Origin: Macrostomum lignano
Lineage: Eukaryota
DNA length: 64,000 bases
Reading direction: 5' to 3'
Assembly (NCBI GenBank): GCA_002269645.1
Contig: NIVC01000020.1
Span: forward strand, 248,001-312,000
Shown: positions 13,051 to 24,258 of the stretch, one piece after another
Numbering within the stretch: the stretch's first letter is position 1
Layout: each line of letters starts with the position of its first letter
Position numbers and translations under genes: made by a program
Notes under the pieces: generated by a model
Told to the model about the DNA's origin: nothing
What the model saw: only the letters and a program-made list of their open reading frames with translations
Databases searched by the model: none

Positions 13051-13640
13051 ACGAAGCCGTGAATGCCGAGCCCAGAAGCACACCAGCCGCAGGTTGAAGG
13101 TTCCCGATGTACTTTGCTCGCACTGGCGGAGCCCAAGGACCGGAGCCGTGGGGTCAGGTCTCCCAGCCGTGACGCACAGGCTGTAATGAACTGCTTTCTT
13201 CGGGCTGGGCTGTCTGATTGACAGCCGAGGCGGGCATTGTTGGCCTCCGCCTGGGTGTTTCATCCCGGCATCCCCTTGCTAAACAGGCAGGCCTGAGGGA
13301 AGGCGCAGCGCGCAAAGCGAATTCGGCGGCTCCCCCAGCCTGCGCTGGTCTGCAAGGCGCGGCCCGCCCGGCTTATGCGGCCTCACACCCCGGGGGTTTG
13401 CCGACCAGAGCGCGCACCGCTTCTTCATCATTCGCGGCCGCCGAGGCGACTTTGCTGAAAGACTGAAGTCTGCATTGTCTGCTGCTTTCGCTGCGCTGTT
13501 GCCCTCCTCTTGTAGCCGCTGCTCTGCTTTGCGAACTGATGGATTTGCCAGCAAGCAGGACACTGCGGGAGCTGGGGGGGGGGCAACTGCTGCTGCAGCT
13601 GATGGATACTGACTTGTTCAGGGTGAAGCCGCTCTACCGG

Positions 13641-14407
13641 ACCCCTGTGCTACCGGTCAGACCCCTGTGCTACCGGTCAGGCCCCTGTGCTACCGGTCAG
13701 ACCCCTGTGCTACCGGTCAGACCCCTGTGCTACCGGTCAGGCCCCTGTGCTACCGGTCAGGCCCCTGTGCTACCGGTCAGACCCCTGTGCTATCGGTCAG
13801 GCCCCTGTGCTACCGGTCAGACCCCTGTGCTACCGGTCAGGCCCCTGTGCTACCGGTCAGACCCTGTGCTACCGGTCAGACCCCTGTGCTACCGGTCAGG
13901 CCCCTGTGCTACCGGTCAGGCCCCTGTGCTACCCGTCAGACCCCTGTGCTACCGGTCAGGCCCTTGTGCTACCGGTCAGACCCCTGTGCTACCGGTCAGG
14001 CCCCTGTGCTACCGAGCAAACCACTGTGCTACCGGTCGCATCCCTGTGCTACCGAGCAAACCACTGTGCTACCGGTCGCATCCCTGTGTTACCGGTCGCA
14101 TCCCTGTGCTACCGGTCGCATCCCTGTGATACCGGTCGCATCCCTGTGCTACTGGTCGCATCCCTGTGATACCGGTCGCATCCCTGTGCTACCGGTCGCA
14201 TCCCTGTGCTACCGGTCGCATCCCTGTGTTACCGGTCGCATCCCTGTGATACCGGTCGCATCCCTGTGCTACTGGTCGCATCCCTGTGATACCGGTCGCA
14301 TCCCTGTGCTACCGGTCGCATCCCTGTGCTACCGGTCGCATCCCTGTGTTACCGGTCGCATCCCTGTGATACTGGTCGCATCCCTGTGCTACCGGTCGCA
14401 TCCCTGC
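13641..14407. repeat. 20-bp minisatellite (CCCTGTGCTACCGGTCAGAC / ...GGTCGCAT)
   Basis: Direct; two variant blocks. Confidence 0.95.
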
Positions 14408-15529
14408 CCTGCAGACATCACGAGTGCTACTCACAGCCTCTAATTTGCCCCACCCTATCAGAGCTCCGCAGGGTTGCAAGCCAATAAACAGTTTAATCTT
14501 CACCGAGCAGGCGGTCCTGAGGCTCTTCACTGACTCCGCTGCCCCGGAAACGGGATGAGCGCCCTGAAGAGAGGCGCCCCCGGGGCGGCAGAAGACGCGA
14601 GTTCGCGGCACGCATTACAAAAAATTGCGGGGAACCGATCTCATCGCGATTGCATTCGATGTCCGCGAAAGAGTCGAGAGAGAGAGAGGGGGAGGGGGGC
14701 AGCGCGGAGTCGCGGCCAAATTTCGGTGCCTCCAGTTTTGGCAGACGCGCTGAGAGTTGCCCCCGCCTTGCCGACCGAAAGTTGGTCCGGAATCGATTTT
14801 GCCGGGGGGGGGGGGGTCGAACAGGACCCGGAGGGCGGCGGCGCTGAGGAGCGTACACGCCACTTACACTGGTCTCTGGCTCTTCAAGCACTGCGGGGAG
14901 GGTCGGGAGAGAGCGCGGGGGCAGGGCAGCCACAAGCAGACAGGGCGCAGCAGTTCCGGTCCCACTGCCGACTCGCGACGGCAGCCAACAAAACAGAAAT
15001 TCCGCTTTTATAACCCGCTTAACAATCCTCTGATTTCACCGCTGAGCTGCCTGTCATTTGGACCTGGCTGCCAGGAGCTGCGCCCTGCTCATTTCATTAG
15101 GCTGGGCAGCGGTGACCGCCCTGGCCGCTGCAGCCGCAGAAATCAAATTAAACTTGTCGGCGGCTTGCGACTCCCGGCTGGAGATAAACGGCCCAGCCGG
15201 GGGGAAGGGGGGGACTCGAGCGCCTCTTCCAATAATTGATCGATTTTTTCAGCTCCACTTGGAATCCTCGCAGTGACTGACAGGCGGACTGGGCCGAGCT
15301 GATTGAGCTGTGGGGGGAGCTTCTTGCTGCTCCAGCACTTTCTTCTCCAGGGGTGTCGCTGCGTCTGTAAACAGAACTCGGTTATTGGGAGGCTGGGGCA
15401 GCCTCATGTGATCCCAGGCCACTGGTGCCCGCCTCATCTCTGCCCGGTCTGGCTGCAAAGCCTCTCTTGTTATTGTTGGAGCTTTGCAGCAGCTTCTTCA
15501 TCCTGCATTTTGTCCGCTGCGGCGCCCCG

Positions 15530-16148
15530 TCTCTGACCTGCCGACTCTCACTCTGTCCTTCTGACTCTCACTCTGTCCTTCTGACTCTCACTCTGTCCTT
15601 CTGACTCTCACTCTGTCCTTCTAACTCTCACTCTGTCCTTCTGACTCTCACTCTGTCCTTCTAACTCTCACTCTGTCCTTCTAACTCTCACTCTGTCCTT
15701 CTAACTCTCACTCTGTCCTTCTGACTCTCACTCTGTCCTTCTGACTCTCACTCTGTCCTTCTAACTCTCACTCTGTCCTTCTGACTCTCACTCTGTCCTT
15801 CTGACTATCACTCTGTCCTTTTAACTCTCAGTCTGTCCTTCTGACTCTCACTCTGTCCTTCTGACTCTCACTCTGTCTTTCTGACTCTCACTCTGTCCTT
15901 CTGACTCTCACTCTGTCCTTCTGACTCTCACTCTGTCCTTCTGACTCTCACTCTGTCCTTCTGACTCTCACTCTGTCCTTTTAACTCTCAGTCTGTCCTT
16001 CTGACTCTCACTCTGTCCTTCTGACTCTCACTCTGTCCTTCTGACTCTCACTCTGTCCTTCTGACTCTCACTCTGTCCTTCTGACTCTCACTCTGTCCTT
16101 TTAACTCTCAGTCTGTCCTTCTGACTCTCACTCTGTCCTTCTGACTCT
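15530..16148. repeat. 20-bp pyrimidine-rich minisatellite (CTGACTCTCACTCTGTCCTT)
   Basis: About 30 units. Confidence 0.95.
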
Positions 16149-16310
16149 CTCTGCCTCTGTCTTTCTCCCTGCCCCTCTCACTCTGACTCTGTCCTTCTGT
16201 CTCCCTGTCCCTCTGACTCTCTGACTCTGTCCCGCTGTCTCTCCTTGCCTCTCCCTCTCTAGCAGCCGCCAAGATTTACCAAGCGTGCGCTTTGACCCTC
16301 CACCCCGCAG

Positions 16311-16604
16311 CCCACCTGGACGCGGTGAAGATCTACATGAACCTACGTAGGGTGCCGCAGAGTCTGCAGTCCAAGGTGATCCGCTGGTTCGACTACCTGT
16401 GGAGCTCCCACAAGACGGTGGACGAGGAGAAGATCCTGTCCCTGCTGCCGGACAAGCTCAAGGCCGAGATGGCCATCCACGTGCACCTGGACACGCTGAA
16501 GCAGGTGGAGATGTTCCAGAACACCGAGGAGGGCTTCCTGTCCGACCTGGTGCTCCGCCTGCGGCCTGTGCTGTTCTCACCTGGCGACTTCGTGTGCAGG
16601 AAAG
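16311..16604 (+). CDS. CNG channel exon 2 (C-linker and start of CNBD)
   Basis: CCCCGCAG|CC gives DFQ-A-HLDAVKIYM; KVIRWFDYLW, LPDKLKAEMAIHVHLDTL, LRPVLFSPGDFVCRKG; donor AAAG|GTGAGT. Confidence 0.93.
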
Positions 16605-16721
16605 GTGAGTTAATGGGCTGGGACTGTGCAGTCTGGGTCTCTGTCTGCTCAGGAGTGCATGCAGATGGCTGCATCAGTCTGACGGATTGAGCGGTTTCTC
16701 ACGTTTCTCGCTATGCTGGGC

Positions 16722-17118
16722 CGTGTCTCTCATGTCTCACAGTGTCTCTCATGTCTCACAGTGTCTCTCATGTCTCACAGTGTCTCTCATGTCTCACAGT
16801 GTCTCTCATGTCTCACAGTGTCTCTCATGTCTCACAGTGTCTCTCATGTCTCACAGTGTCTCTCACGTCTCACAGTGTCTCTCATGTCTCACAGTGTCTC
16901 TCATGTCTCACAGTGTCTCTCATGTCTCACAGTGTCTCTCATGTCTCACAGTGTCTCTCATGTCTCCCAATGTCTCTCATGTCTCACAGTGTCTCTCATG
17001 TCTCACAGTGTCTCTCATGTCTCCCAATGTCTCTCATGTCTCACAGTGTCTCTCATGTCTCACAGTGTCTCTCATGTCTCACAGTGTCTCTCACGTCTCA
17101 CAATGTCTCTCATGTCTC
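16722..17118. repeat. 19-bp minisatellite (GTCTCTCATGTCTCACAGT)
   Basis: Direct. Confidence 0.95.
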
Positions 17119-17149
17119 AGGATCTCAAAACTATTCCAGATGCTGCAGG

Positions 17150-17277
17150 TTTCACAGGTGTCACAGACTTCACAGGTGTCACAGGTGTCACAGGTGTCAC
17201 AGGTGTCACAGGTGTCACAGGTGTCACAGGTGTCACAGGTGTCACAGGTGTCACAGGTGTCACAGATTTCACAGGTC
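17150..17277. repeat. 9-bp repeat (CACAGGTGT)n
   Basis: Direct. Confidence 0.95.
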
Positions 17278-17986
17278 GCAAGCCTCACAGGACTCACAGA
17301 CCCCGCCTGCCTCAGAAGTCGCACCTTCCCAGTTCATCAATTTAAAAGGAAGCGACACCACCTGCCCAGACTCCTTCAAGCATTCGAGCAGGAAATGAGC
17401 ACAGGGCATCACGCCAGGCCAATAAGACCCTCCTGCAGCTCTTGGCACGTGACGCCAGCTATTTTTATCGGAATTAAAAGAAGAAGCGGCGGCCGGCGAA
17501 GGAGCGCCGAAGGGGGGGGGGGCTTTTGGATGCGCAGGCGGCTGGGGCAGGCGGTCGGTCGGTCGGGCGGGCGGGCACGTTCTGCAGGCAGCTCTGGGCG
17601 GAGCCGCGGCGGCCGGGCGATAAGCAGGGGGGGGATTGCGCCGGCCAACTGACATTTTTGGCCGGGCGATAAGCCGGGACAGCGGGTCTCAGACACCGGC
17701 GCTGCGGCAGGGTGAAGAATCGGATGGGGGGCATCGAGAGGGCCGGCAGGCGAAGCGGCGGCCTGCACTTCACGGATTTGATTGTCAGTATTCCCCACCC
17801 CAATCGCAACCTGTTTACGTCGGTCAGTGTGGGAATAGGAAGGCCGAGTCTTGGCGGGCAGCCTGCCCCAACTGCACTTGAACAGGGTTGGCGCAGCCTC
17901 ATCGGGGCTGGCAGATGCACTTTTAACTGGTAGAGACTTTCCGAGTTCCTGTTCGATGGCGGCTGAGATCTGCTGTGCTTACAGGC

Positions 17987-18278
17987 GAAGAGGCAGATTC
18001 AAGAAGCGGAGAGGCAGATTCAAGGAGGGAGCGGCAGATTCGAGGAGCGGAGAGGCAGATTCACGGAGCGGAGAGGCAGATTCAAGGAGCGGAGAGGCAG
18101 ATTCGAGGAGCGGAGAGGCAGATTCAAGGAGCGGAGAGGCAGATTCAAGGAGCGGAGAGGCAGATTCGAGGAGCGGAGAGGCAGATTCAAGGAGCGGAGA
18201 GGCAGATTCAAGGAGCGGAGAGGCAGATTCAAGGAGCGGAGAGGCAGATTCGAGGAGCGGAGAGGCAGATTCGAGGAG
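17987..18278. repeat. 21-bp minisatellite (GCAGATTCAAGGAGCGGAGAG) just upstream of CNG exon 3
   Basis: About 14 units. Confidence 0.95.
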
Positions 18279-18316
18279 CCATTGCATTGCACCGGAACCC
18301 TTCCCCACCCCCGCAG

Positions 18317-18622
18317 GCGAGGTGGGCAAGCACATGTACATCATCAGCCGCGGCAAGCTGCAGGTGGTGGCGGAGGACTGCAAGAAGGTACTGGCCACAC
18401 TGCGGCCCGGCAGTTACTTCGGCGAGCTGTCAATCCTCAACATGGGCACCATGGGCAACCGGCGCACGGCCTCGGTGAAGTCCGTGGGCTACTCGGACCT
18501 GTTCTGCCTGTCCAAGACCGACCTGTGGGACGTGCTGAAGGACTACCCGGCCGCCAGGGTCAAGCTGGAGGCCATCGCGGCCAAGCGACTGCAGGCCTTC
18601 AAGAAGAAGCCGATTGAGGAAG
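18317..18622 (+). CDS. CNG channel exon 3 (cyclic nucleotide-binding domain)
   Basis: CCCCGCAG|GC; GEVGKHMYIISRGKLQVV, FGELSILN..GNRRTASV, YSDLFCLSKTDLWDVLKDYP; donor GAAG|GTGAGG. Confidence 0.93.
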
Positions 18623-18689
18623 GTGAGGCACTCAAGGCACCGGTGCTGGCGAGGGCTTCTTTCTGCTGCAGCTGCCGCGCCCAGATCGG

Positions 18690-19190
18690 CTGTGTTTAAG
18701 CAGTGTTTAGGCTGTGTTTAAGCAGTGTTTAGGCTGTGTTTAGTCTGTGTTTAGGCTGTGTTTAGGCTGTGTTTAGGCCGTGTTTAGTCTGTGTTTAGGC
18801 TGTGTTTAGGCTATGTTTAGGCTGTGTTTAGGCTATGTTTAGGCTGTGTTTAGGCTATGTTTAGGCTGTGTTTAGGCTATGTTTAGGCTGTGTTTAGGCT
18901 GTGTTTAGTCTGTGTTTAGGCTGTGTTTAGGCTGTGTTTAGTCTGTGTTTAGGCTGTGTTTAGGCTGTGTTTATGTTGTGTTTAGACTGTTTATGCTGCA
19001 TGCTTATATTGTGTATTAGACTATGTTTATGTTCTATTTATACTGCGGTTAGGTGCGTTTATTTTTTTAGGCTGTGTTTAGGCTGTGTTTAGGCTGTGTT
19101 TAGGCTGTGTTTAGGCTGTGTTTAGGCTGTGTTTAGGCTGTGTTTAGGCTGTGTTTAGGCTGTGTTTAGGCTGTGTTTAGGCTGTGTTTA
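18690..19190. repeat. 11-bp repeat (AGGCTGTGTTT)n in CNG intron 3, interrupted
   Basis: Direct. Confidence 0.92.
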
Positions 19191-19710
19191 CCCACTCGAG
19201 GCGAGATCGCTTGAGCAGCTGCGTCAGCAAATCCAGTTTGAGTCCCGGGAGAATTGAAAAGCAAAATTGGCCCCGGGGTCTTTGAGGCGCCTCGCTCAGT
19301 CAATCAGGGAGCAAAACTCGGCCAGGTTTTGTTGAGTCCCCGCGGACTCAGGTGAACTGCCTTCTGCGGCAGCAGCAGCAGGGGTGGGGTGGGGGTTCAT
19401 TAGCCAGTGGCGCCTTTGTTGGAGCCAGGGGAGTTCTCAAATTAATTTATTGCTCAGCCAGTGCAAAACGTGATGTTTGCGTGTGGAGAACTGCCGCTGA
19501 CATAACTGCGGGCGGGATTCGAGCCCGTGTGGCCTGTTTGAAAGCGGAACTTCAGTAGGTATTCGCGATAGCCTACTAAAGAGTAGCAATGAAAGAGTTT
19601 GAAGCTGCTCGTAGTTTTCAAATTTCATGCAAAATGGTGAATCAAAAGTTTCTTGGCTTGGCGATGCCACAAGAGAGGAGATTTCAAAAACCGGAGTGGC
19701 CCTCCCGCAG

Positions 19711-19960
19711 CGAACCTGAACCGCAGCCAGAGCACCCCCGGCCTGGTGGAGTCCAGCGGCAAGGTGCCCATCGAGGTCATGACCTTGGCGGCCAGGGTCG
19801 GCGGCAGCGGCGTCGGTGGCTGCGGCGGCTGTGGCGCCAACCAGCTGCACTGCTCCAGCTTCGAGCTGCATCACAACCAGCAGCACCGGGGCTCCATCGC
19901 CTGCGGCCTTCAGCAGCCGCAGCAGTCTGGGGCCGGCGAGGCGGCGAAACCCCCCGCTAT

Positions 19961-19995
<35 letters not shown>

Positions 19996-20396
19996 TTCCC
20001 ACGCAGCCAGCGCTGCTGCCGCCGCCTCGGTTCTGCGTCGATCCGCCGACTCCAAGCGAGGCCGGCGGCAGCGGCGGCGGCGGCGGCGGCCTGCAGTGCG
20101 AGCTGAACCGCCTCAACCGGCGGCTGGCGCTGCTGGAGGCGGAGAACGCCACCCTCAACCTGAAGCTCAACCACCAGCAGTGGCTGCTGGACCACCAGCT
20201 CCATCGACTGTCGCCCAGAACCGAGGTGGAAGCGGAGGCCGCCTGCCCGCTGCACTGCGTCGTGTCCTCAGCTTCCGTGGCGGCGGCGGCGGCGGCTGCG
20301 GCGGCCGAGGACGACGCTGACTCGGAATCCTCCAGCAGCTCGAACTTCGAGCGGACACCCGCGGCGCCGCCGGCCCCGCCGCCCAACAGGTTTTGA
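19711..20396 (+). CDS. CNG channel exon 4 (C-terminal tail with poly-Pro and a leucine-zipper-like segment)
   Basis: CTCCCGCAG|CG is in phase with the exon 3 donor; RSQSTPGLVESSGK motif recalled from arthropod CNG channels; ELNRLNRRLALLEAENATLNLKL coiled coil; TGA 20394-20396. Confidence 0.8.
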
Positions 20397-20684
20397 AGGC
20401 CGGCCGGTCTTGACAGCACATGCTTAATGAATGTTATTTCAATGTTTTGCTGATTTCCAGGCCGAATCCGATGACATTGTTAAATGTTTTGGTGAATGAA
20501 TTTTCTACCTGCTGTTCACGGCTGTCAATGAACTGTGTACAGTCTTGCTTAACCGGAGTGCAATATATGCGGGCCACAGCGGCCGCGCTCTCATTCAGTT
20601 TACAGCGCTATGCTTGAGGACAAACAGGAGGCACTGTATTGCCTGATGGAGTTCTGCAGCTTTGTTTTAATGAAGTTTTCGGCT

Positions 20685-21190
20685 CAATTTTTACATTAAA
20701 GGCCAGGTAAAGTCTTGATGATTGCTGCGGGCCAGATGAGAGTGGAAAGGAGATGGAATGAGGGAGAGAGAAGAGATGAGATAAAAGGTAAAAGAGAAGT
20801 GAGAGAGGAGATTAGTTGAAAGGAGAGAGGAGATAGATGAGAGGGATGAGATTAGAGAGGAGATGAGATGAGAGAGAGGAGAGATGAGATGAGAGAGGAG
20901 ATGAGAGGAGAGAGATGAGATGAGAGGAGAGAGATAAGAGGAGAGAGATGAGAGGAGAGAAATGAGACGAGAGGAGAGAGGAGAGAGATGAGATGAGAGG
21001 AGAGAAATGAGACGAGATGAGAGAGGAGAGAGATGAGATGAGAGGAGAGAGATGAGAGGAGAGAAATGAGACAAGAGGAGAGAGGAGAGAGATGAGATGA
21101 GAGAAATGAGACGAGATGAGAGAGGAGAGAGATGAGATGAGATGAGAGAGATGCGATGATGATAAACTTTTAATCAAGCTGAGGCCTTCA
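20685..21190 (-). mobile_element. Degenerate copy of the hAT-like MITE at 47979-49080 with an internal GA/CT low-complexity tract
   Basis: Reverse complement of 20690-20745 (CTCATCTGGCCCGCAGC...CTGGCCTTT..TAAAAAT) matches 49009-49068. Confidence 0.45.
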
Positions 21191-21539
21191 TACGTAGTCA
21201 ACACCAGTTGTTCCAGTCCTCGAAGACAAACAAAGGCTTATTCAGCTCCTCCGACTCCATCAAGTCAATGCTCAACTCAACTTAACACCATAGGAAAAAA
21301 TTTAATGCCTATAAATAAACATTATAACAAAGGAAATTTTCCGATCCAAATTTCAGCAAAAAAGCTCCACCATCAGCTGGATGTTTTGTTTATTTGCAGA
21401 GCTCAACTGAGCAAACAACAGAAATTTAACTATCGACTGCTTGAACAAAAAGATGGAAATGAAATGCCTTCTGTCACTGCTTTAAATGCCAATTCACAAG
21501 AGCACACAAGTTGAGTTCAGCTCAGCCGCCCAGCGGTTT

Positions 21540-21737
21540 TCATTTGCTCTGGGGCTCCTTGTATAGTTCGTTGTTGGGGTTGAGCTGATTTGAATGGTTG
21601 TCGAGGTCGGCCTTGGTGCCCTTGCCTGAGTAGCCGCCTGTCTTCTGCTGCTGCTGCGCGTCGCCGCCTTTGGCCTGGCCGCCGGCCTGCGGCTTCGGCT
21701 GACTCGCTGACTGATTGGCATCCTTATCCTTGTCCAT
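21540..21737 (-). CDS. Small (65 aa) hydrophilic Gly/Gln-rich protein, copy 1: MDKDKD...GGYSGKGTKADLDNHSNQLNPNNELYKEPQSK
   Basis: Acceptor CCCGCAG|TCTCAATG; 5'-UTR intron about 21743-22250 (GTAAGC donor); TATTTAAAT at 22415-22423; AATAAA at 21389-21394; paralogue 1.9 kb away. Confidence 0.8.
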   Translation of the reverse strand: MDKDKDANQSASQPKPQAGGQAKGGDAQQQQKTGGYSGKGTKADLDNHSNQLNPNNELYKEPQSK

Positions 21738-21774
21738 TGAGACTGCGGGTGCGGGTGGATCAGGTGAGTTATGA

Positions 21775-22110
21775 GATGGCTGCTCACTGCCAGCATGACT
21801 GCAGCTAGCCAATGCTTCATCACTATGGCTGCTCACTGCCAGCATGACTGCAGCTAGCCAATGCTTCATCACTATGGCTGCTCACTGCCAGCATGACTGC
21901 AGCTGGCCAATGCTTCATCACTATGGCTGCTCACTGCCAGCATGACTGCAGCTGGCCAATGCTTAATCACTATGGCTGCTCACTGCCAGCATGACTGCAG
22001 CTGGCCAATGCTTCATCACTAAGGCTGCTCACTGCCAGCATGACTGCAGCTGGCCAGTGCTTCATCACTATGACTGCTCACTGCTCCACTGTTAGCATGA
22101 CTGCAGCCAA
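21775..22110. repeat. 49-bp minisatellite in the 5'-UTR intron of small gene copy 1
   Basis: Direct. Confidence 0.92.
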
Positions 22111-22414
22111 TGCTTATACTCATATGCAAAGCCTACTATTTCAATATTCAAGTGCCCGTGTGTGCAGGTCACAGTGGCAATTATGCTTCAAAAACTAATA
22201 TATTGAAGTAGTTACTCCTAGCCAAGAGTAAGAGCAAATTATGTGCTTACCTTAAAACTGAAGCGATGGATATAAATGTGCAGCTAGTCTGAGTGGTCCA
22301 ATTGCACGAGACCAAGAATGAATCCAAAGCTCTTAATTGATTGATTATCAAACAGTTCGGCAGCTTCAGGTGAATTTGAAATCCGTTTAATCCGCAGCCA
22401 CCCATAGGGCCTCC

Positions 22415-22423
22415 ATTTAAATA
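22415..22423 (-). promoter_or_regulatory. TATA-like box (TATTTAAAT) of small gene copy 1
   Basis: Conserved at the same relative position in copy 2 (24250-24258), upstream of the non-coding first exon. Confidence 0.55.
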
Positions 22424-23417
22424 GATGGTGAAATCGAAAAACGAAAAACGAAAAGCGAAAAGTGCAAGATGTCCTTTTGGCGATTGTTGTCTGCCTGATT
22501 TTAGCAGTCTCAAACGCAATTTTGCTAGCAATAAACTCCTGCACAGCGAGTGCAACTCAAATGACGTTGCAAAATACATGCTGAAAAACTGTTTTACTGA
22601 ACTGCTGACGGAATTATCAGCAATATGATCGTTCCGCGATTAATCGTGAATTATTGCTTCAATTAAATATCATTTATTTTCAGCATCTTTTGTATTTTTC
22701 TGTCTTTTTAATGATTTATAAACTAACGTACAATAAAGGAGACTGCATTGAACTAATCTTCACGGGCATTTGTTGCATAATGATCAGACATATTTTATTG
22801 GCATCGGGGGTGCCATGTACTTTAGCCTCACCTCCCCCCTGAGATCCTCTCGGGTCCCTGATAGTAAGGCATGTTCAAGAGTCTATTCACTTCACTGCTC
22901 AAAATGCTGTTCAGTTAATTTTCTCGAATGCGAGTGGAATCTCTAAATAATGCACATATGCAGACATGAGCGCGTGTTTGACTTTAGCGCCGTACGTTTC
23001 TGGTATGCTTTGTGCTCACATGAGGAATTTTTATGCTCCAGACCTCAAGGCCTGCAGTTTACTGATTATTCTAACCAATTATTATTTACATTATTTCAGT
23101 TACAAATAACCAGAATGAGCTGCTAGTCTTCCCTGATTTTCTCCATGCATTCCTAAAAACGGTTTTTTATTTTTAGATGCCATGCGACCTCTTGGCGAAA
23201 CTTTGGTTGCCATGAAGCAAGTTTCCAATCGATATTACAGCAAAAACAGCTTCATCAGCTGGATGCTTTGTTTATTTTTAAAGCTCAACTAAAGCAGAAA
23301 CGGAAACTTAATCGCAAATGCTTTGAACAAAAAGATGGAAATAAAATGCTTTCTGTCACACTTGCTCAAAATGCCAATTCATAAGCACAGAGTGAGTTCA
23401 TCTCCCGCCTGCGGTTC

Positions 23418-23631
23418 TCAATTGCTCTGAGGCCCCTTGAACCGCCAGTTGTTGGGGTTGAGCTGCTTGGCGTGGTTGTCCAAGTCGGCCTTGTCGCCCT
23501 TGCCTGAGTAGCCGCCCGTCTGCTGCTGCTGCTGCTGCCCGTCATCGCCGCCTTTTGGCCTGGCCGCCGGCCTGCGGCTTCGGGTTTGCCTGCGGCTTCG
23601 GGTTCGCCTGCTGCTTGGCCGCCTTGTCCAT
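23418..23631 (-). CDS. Small Gly/Gln-rich protein, copy 2 (70 aa if the extra T at 23553-23556 is removed); frameshifted as assembled
   Basis: MDKAAKQQANPKPQANPKPQAGGQAK[fs]GGDDGQQQQQQTGGYSGKGDKADLDNHAKQLNPNNWRFKGPQSN*; branch point CTAAC and CTCCGCAG|TCTCAATG; GTGAGA donor at 24091; AATAAA at 23271-23276. Confidence 0.72.
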
Positions 23632-23674
23632 TGAGACTGCGGAGTGCAGGCGGATCTCGTTAGTTAGTGATGAC

Positions 23675-23935
23675 ATGGCTGCTCACGCTTAGCATGACTG
23701 CAGCTGGCCAATGCTCCATCATTATGGCTGCTCACTGCACTGCTAGCATGACTGCAGCTGGCCAATGCTCCATCACTATGGCTGCTCAATGCACTGCTAG
23801 CATGACTGGAGCTGGCCAATGCTCCATCACTATGGCTGCTCAATGCACTGCTAGCATGACTGCAGCTGGCCAATGCTCCATCACTATGGCTACTCACTGC
23901 TCAATAGTCTGCCGCTGGCCAATGCTTCATCATTA
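23675..23935. repeat. 54-bp minisatellite in the intron of small gene copy 2 (homologous to the 49-mer)
   Basis: Direct. Confidence 0.9.
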
Positions 23936-24249
23936 TAAGCCTACTGTTTAATATACTAAGTCTCAGTGTGCGCAGTCGCGAATGCTTGGCTTCGACTTGA
24001 TTCTCGTAATTAAAATATGTAAATAGTTACTGTAACGAGTATACTTGTAGTTTATAATAACTGAGACAGCTGAGTTATTAAATATTCTCACCTTATACAA
24101 TGAAGCGTTGCAAAATGTCAGATAGTCTGAGCGGCCCAGTGACAGGAAACCAAAAATTATTTGAGAGGCTTTCAACTGATTGATTATCAAACAGTTCGGC
24201 AGCTCCAACAGGTGAATTATATTACCCAGCCGCCCCCGGGGCCGCCTCC

Positions 24250-24258
24250 ATTTAAATA
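24250..24258 (-). promoter_or_regulatory. TATA-like box of small gene copy 2
   Basis: Identical to the copy 1 motif in homologous context. Confidence 0.55.

Noticed and set aside
12104-13123. Very hydrophobic multi-TM-looking ORFs
   Set aside because: Antisense reading of a purine-rich minisatellite. Same for the S/L-rich ORFs at 20691-21204 and 47907-49033.
19505-19540. B-box-like GGGCTCGAATCCC on the minus strand
   Set aside because: No convincing A box or cloverleaf.
22247-22579. Paralogous ~110-aa ORFs here and at 23963-24295
   Set aside because: They overlap the promoter and non-coding exon of the duplicated small genes, start at non-ATG codons and are not frame-conserved between copies.
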